Of a stretch of 64,000 bases of DNA, positions 60,101 through 64,000 are shown piece by piece (the first letter of the stretch is position 1; the number at the start of each line of letters is the position of its first letter). The notes under the pieces were generated by a model. It made no database searches and was not told the DNA's origin. It saw nothing but the letters and a program-made list of their open reading frames with translations. The position numbers were made by a program, and so were the translations under genes. Source of the DNA: Acidimicrobiia bacterium (GTDB lineage: Bacteria > Actinomycetota > Acidimicrobiia > Spongiisociales > Spongiisociaceae); NCBI GenBank assembly GCA_965200835.1, contig OZ241390.1, positions 2,448,416-2,512,415 on the forward strand, in the 5' to 3' direction.

Positions 60101-61799
60101 GCGTCACGCCCTTCTCGGCCAGGGCCCTCGACCGCGGGCTGGCCGGCGCACTGGTGGGCTACGCCCGCCATGCGGAAGGAGTGCTCACGCCGGCCGAGGG
60201 AGTCGAGGAACTCGAAGCGGTCAGGGTTACGGTCGAACGACAACTCCGGCAGGTACTGCTGCAGCGAGTGGACCGCCAGCCCTTCCAATACGAGACCGAG
60301 CACACCGAAAGGCGCCGGAGCGTGACCGCCCGGGTGGTGGAACTACTCGACTCGTGGTTGAAAGTGGTGGAGGGCTACCACCAGGTAAACAGCCCGGTGA
60401 GGTATCAGAAGTACGAGGGGAAAGCGGCCGCCAAACCACTGTTGCGGGAGATGCTCGACCAGGACTTCGAGACCGCCCACCATCGCAAGTTCCGAGCCAA
60501 CCGCTCCCTACGTGATGTCGAGCCGGAGGTGAACCTGTATATCAGGCCGCTCACCGCCTCTCTCGGCGACTCTACGAGGCCACCGAGCTCAGCGACTGGC
60601 CGCTCGGTCTGTGCCTGGGCAGGCGGCCGTGGCTGGGTCGCGGCACCGACGAGGATTGCACGCTACCGAGCCGGTTGCTCATCCGCACCGCCTCCAACGC
60701 CTACTTTCCCCAGGTGGTCAGCGTCCTGTCGCTGCCTGATCGGGGCACCGATCTGGACCGGGTGGTGGGGGAGCTCTGGGAGGACCTTCAGCTGGTGGAC
60801 CGCTTGAGCCATCTCCGCTTCCTCAAGAAGAAGGCGAAGGTAAGCGGGGGACTGGCTGGCTTTGCCGACGCTGAGGTGCTGAAGGCGATCCAACGCCGCA
60901 AGGGCGGGTCCGCGGGCGACCGCTCCGTCAAGGAGGCCGAGCTCGAGGAACTGCTGGCCGCGCCGGAAGGATTCGGCGACCGGGGACAGGTCGATCCGAA
61001 CTTCCACGCCCGGCGCCTGCCACAGAGTGCCTGGAGATCCCCGCGGTCGAAGCTGAGCGGTGGAGTAGAGGGAGTGATCCACCTCCACCGGTTGCGCGAG
61101 GTGCTGGCCCTGATCGGATTCACCCGCTTCGAGGCCGTTATCCGTGACATCCACGGCGAGTACGACACCGATGTCGAGCGGGCCGGCATCGCCCTCGATC
61201 CCAGCTGGTTTCCGGCGATCGAGAACCGTGACGAAGGCCTGTTCGCCTACCTGAGACCGGAGGAGGTCGACAGGTGGTTACGGAGACGACCCGCGCAAAC
61301 CCGGATAGACGACCTTCGCAACCGGCACGAGACCGGCCAGCAAGGCCGTAAGCATCCCTGGCCCTTCCCCGGAGGCCCCTACATCCTGTTGCACACGCTC
61401 GCACACCTGCTCATCCAGTGGCTGGCCATGCGTTGCGGCTACCCGGCCAGCTCCATCCGCGAGCGGATCTATGTGGAAGGTCAGCGCTATGGCCTGCTCC
61501 TCTACACCGGATCTCCCGACGCCGAAGGGACCCTGGGCGGCCTCGTCCAGCAAGCCCGCCACTTCGAGGACCATCTGGCCTATGCGCTTCGGGTGGGCGA
61601 GCTTTGCTCCAACGACCCGATCTGTGCCCAGCACGGAGCTGGCACCGCCCTCGAGGAGGGTCACCTGCACGGTGCCGCCTGCCATGCTTGCACGCTGATA
61701 GCCGAGACCACCTGCGAGATGCGCAACGACTACCTCGACCGGGCGCTGGTAGTCCCGACCCTCGGCTCGGACGGTGCCGCCTTCTTTCCGTCCCCCTGA
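57121..61799 (+). pseudogene. large DEAH-box helicase with C-terminal DUF1998/MZB zinc-binding domain (DISARM DrmA+DrmB-like in one frame), one frameshift near 60540-60575
   Basis: ORF 57121..60807 has a 440-aa N-terminal domain, Walker A FFPTGGGKTEAYL, IIQDELHLISG, an inserted CPWCG...CLNFEC zinc ribbon and motif VI QATSRVGRD. ORF 60675..61799 has the DUF1998 Cys cluster CSNDPICAQH...GAACHACT. GC3 tracks frame 0 until about 60575 and frame +2 from about 60543. An SD GGAGGTGA lies 6 nt upstream. Confidence 0.7.
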
Positions 61800-61849
61800 T
61801 CACGGTCAGCCAACCACCTACCGACTGTCCGGAGCCCCATTTCCTCTCT

Positions 61850-62776
61850 TCAGGGGATCATCAGCCTCAACCGGGGGCGGCCACCTAACCGGATGATTCT
61901 GACCGCTGCCTCCAGCCGGGAGTCCCCGCCGCCCTCGATCACCCCTTTGGTGGGCGGGACGTCGCCATAGTCACGCCCGATCGCCACCGACAAGTACAGA
62001 TCGTCCGCCACCGTCCGGTTGGTGGGATCCACCCCTATCCATCCGACCCCGGGGAGGAGGCACTCTGCCCAGGCGTGGGTAGCTGCTCCCGAAACTGTTC
62101 TCGTCCCGTCCGAGTCCCCGCTCAACACATACAGGTACCCCGAGACGTACCTGGTGGGGATTCCCCATGAGCGTGTGATGGCTGCCAGCACGTGGGCGTA
62201 GTCCTGGCAAACTCCGTGACCGGTCTCGAGGATGTGGTCGATCGAGGAGTTCACCGAGGTGACCCCTGGCATGTAGGTGAAGATGTCGTTCAGGGCGATC
62301 GACAGCGCCAGGACGTCGGCCAGAGGATCGCTGCCAGGTGCCACTCCCAGCTCCCTGACGAAGCTATCCAGGGCGGGCGACGGCCGAGCCAAGGCACTCG
62401 GTCGGGTCAAGTCCCACCACTCAGGGCTGTTACCCCAGGCTCGGATCTCCTCCCAGGCACCGTCAGGGAGTCGATCCGGTAGCGCAGGGGGCGACTCGAC
62501 CTCCATGACCGAGGTCGACACCACCTGCAGATGGTCGTGATCCCGATGAAGGGTGAGCACGTGCCGGTGGTTGCCGAAAAGGTCGGTACTGGTGGTGAGC
62601 TGCCCGGTGGGCGTGCTGGTCAGAGAGAACTCGAGCACCCGCTGGCGAGCGCGCTCGAGGGGCTGGAGGCACAGCGACATGGTGCATCGCCGGACCGGCG
62701 AGCTGTATGCGAACTCCGAAACATGCTCGATCCGGAAGCGGGATGGGATTCGACCGCCGGCGCGGCGACCGCTCAT
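61850..62776 (-). CDS. transglutaminase-family protein
   Basis: N-terminal bacterial TGase domain (FRIEHVSEFAYSSPV) and core (GHGVCQDYAHVLAAITRSWGIPTRYVSGY...HAWAE). The start at 62776 overlaps the upstream stop. Confidence 0.8.
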   Translation of the reverse strand: MSGRRAGGRIPSRFRIEHVSEFAYSSPVRRCTMSLCLQPLERARQRVLEFSLTSTPTGQLTTSTDLFGNHRHVLTLHRDHDHLQVVSTSVMEVESPPALPDRLPDGAWEEIRAWGNSPEWWDLTRPSALARPSPALDSFVRELGVAPGSDPLADVLALSIALNDIFTYMPGVTSVNSSIDHILETGHGVCQDYAHVLAAITRSWGIPTRYVSGYLYVLSGDSDGTRTVSGAATHAWAECLLPGVGWIGVDPTNRTVADDLYLSVAIGRDYGDVPPTKGVIEGGGDSRLEAAVRIIRLGGRPRLRLMIP

Positions 62777-63768
62777 TGGGCGAAGCTGCGGGTGGGGCCA
62801 AGGCGGGGCGGCGTGATCTCGTAGTCGAAGTAGGTGGCCACGATGAGCCCATGGAGATCTCGGCAAGCGGTTCGGATCTCGTGGAGCAATGCGTCCCGGC
62901 CCGTCCCACCGGGCCACTCGTTCTCGACCAGCTGGCGGATGTATCTGGCTTTGCGCATCGCCCATTCCGTGGATCCGGCATCCGGACCGGACCCCACCGC
63001 CCGTAGTTCCTGGCAGAGGGCCGAGACCGACAGGGTCAGCGAATCGGGCAGATGCGGGCTGGTGACCAGGAGATCGATTATCCGATCGGGCTCCATAGCG
63101 GCGCTGGAAGCTCGGTAGTAGGCCTCGAAGGCGTAGTAGTGGTTGAGCAGGCTGGTCCAGTAAGCATCAGCGGGGACCTCGAACAACCGGACCGCCGCTA
63201 GCTGGGCGATCAGCAGGGAGGAGGAGAGCTGGGCCCGCTCCAGGCAGGTACCCAGCCACAGGAAGTGCCAGGCTTCATCACGGTAGAGGGTGGAGGTGGT
63301 CACCCCCCGGAAGGTGTCGATCTCAGTGGCTATCCCGGCATAGAAGTTCTCCGGGGAGCTCAACCAGATGTCCTGGATAGCGAGGTCTTGCAGGCGCAGA
63401 TGGGAGCGGTTCAGGCTAGTCCACATCTCAGCCGAGATGTGGTGACGCATCTGGCGGGCGTTCTCCCGCCCCTGGGTGAAACATGTATGGATCGAATCCG
63501 GGTTGGAGGGCTCGAAGGTGAGGTCGTCGGCCAGGGTATAGGAGTCGGCCAGCGTGTAGAGGTCGTCGGCGTGGAGCTCGAGGGCGCCGGGCTGTGGCTG
63601 CCGCTGCAGGGCGCCGTAAATCCGGTGCCAGCCGAAGTAGATGTCCCGGGTCGGGCTGTCCACCAGGGCTTCGACCTGCTGTTTCAGCAGGCGGGAAAGG
63701 TGGCCGGCCCTCTCCAGGTATCGGCCCATCCAATAGAGACCGGCGGCGCTCCGTGCCAGCATGGCCAA
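62773..63768 (-). CDS. alpha-E domain (DUF403) protein
   Basis: N-terminus LARSAAGLYWMGRYLERA is typical of alpha-E proteins. Positioned between ATP-grasp and transglutaminase genes. Confidence 0.75.
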   Translation of the reverse strand: MAMLARSAAGLYWMGRYLERAGHLSRLLKQQVEALVDSPTRDIYFGWHRIYGALQRQPQPGALELHADDLYTLADSYTLADDLTFEPSNPDSIHTCFTQGRENARQMRHHISAEMWTSLNRSHLRLQDLAIQDIWLSSPENFYAGIATEIDTFRGVTTSTLYRDEAWHFLWLGTCLERAQLSSSLLIAQLAAVRLFEVPADAYWTSLLNHYYAFEAYYRASSAAMEPDRIIDLLVTSPHLPDSLTLSVSALCQELRAVGSGPDAGSTEWAMRKARYIRQLVENEWPGGTGRDALLHEIRTACRDLHGLIVATYFDYEITPPRLGPTRSFAQ

Positions 63769-64000
63769 TCAGTCCTCCAGAACCCAGAAATCCTTGCCGC
63801 CTCCGCCCTGGCTGGAGTTCACCACCAGGCTTCCCCGGCGGAGGGCGATTCGGCAGAAGGCGCCCGGCACGATCCTGGTCTGCTTACCCGACAGGATTAA
63901 GGGTCGCAGGTCGACGTGCCGGGCCTCGATACGACCGTCGATCAGGCAGGGTGCTCGGGATAGGGCCAGGGTGGGCTGGGAGATGTAGTCGGCCGGGTCG
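63769..64000 (-). CDS. circularly permuted ATP-grasp (DUF404/DUF407) protein, C-terminal part only (window edge)
   Basis: The reverse-strand translation ends ...[42 protein letters not shown], the conserved C-terminus of this family. The 5' end is outside the window. Confidence 0.7.
   Translation of the reverse strand, partial: DPADYISQPTLALSRAPCLIDGRIEARHVDLRPLILSGKQTRIVPGAFCRIALRRGSLVVNSSQGGGGKDFWVLED

Noticed and set aside
60675-61799. DUF1998 as a separate drmB gene starting at TTG 60675
   Set aside because: That would need a 132-nt overlap with a helicase tail that translates to out-of-frame-looking nonsense. GC3 indicates the DUF1998 frame is already coding from about 60543. A single-indel model fits better.
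1-64000. tRNA, rRNA, integrase or transposase genes marking island boundaries
   Set aside because: I scanned the intergenic regions flanking the low-GC islet (9.65-9.76 kb, 10.76-10.85 kb) and the defence island (49.6-49.77 kb, 61.8-61.85 kb). There is no cloverleaf-like tRNA sequence and no recombinase ORF. The islands appear to lack their own mobility genes.

Overview
High-GC chromosomal segment, most likely actinobacterial (Acidimicrobiia- or Actinomycetia-like codon usage), mostly housekeeping. Left part: divergent Hsp20 and ROK kinase genes, a SulP anion transporter, an MFS transporter and a complete fabD-fabH-fabG-acpP-fabF fatty-acid synthesis operon. Middle: a near-canonical division/cell-wall (dcw) cluster mraZ-rsmH-ftsL-ftsI-murE-mraY-murD-ftsW-murG-murC-murB-ftsQ-ftsZ, notably without murF, followed by pgeF-yggS-sepF-yggT-divIVA, then ileS, a DUF167 gene, dksA/traR-lspA-rluD and dnaE. 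All of these long housekeeping ORFs are intact. Three accessory patches interrupt this. (i) A low-GC toxin-antitoxin islet at about 9.7-11.7 kb: HicB-like/HicA-like pair, a PIN-domain fragment and a second HicB paralog. (ii) A MerR regulator plus a frameshifted AAA/ABC-type ATPase at 16.3-18.2 kb. (iii) A 12-kb defence-island-like locus at 49.8-61.8 kb: a SNF2-family helicase, an Eco57I-like (type IIG) N6-adenine methyltransferase and a very large DEAH helicase ending in a DUF1998/MZB zinc-binding domain. This is the DISARM class 1 gene set (drmD-drmMI-drmA/drmB) without a drmC (phospholipase D) gene and with the helicase and DUF1998 parts apparently in one reading frame. Every gene of this locus is disrupted: a CAA-to-TAA nonsense codon, a G11 homopolymer frameshift, two frameshifts in the methyltransferase and one in the helicase. 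The methyltransferase also carries an about 1-kb low-GC segment in its putative target-recognition region. Other items: an unusual AroQ (type II dehydroquinase)-alpha/beta-hydrolase fusion gene, a frameshifted MsbA-like ABC exporter, and at the right edge a transglutaminase / alpha-E / circularly permuted ATP-grasp operon. No rRNA, tRNA or CRISPR array was recognised by eye.
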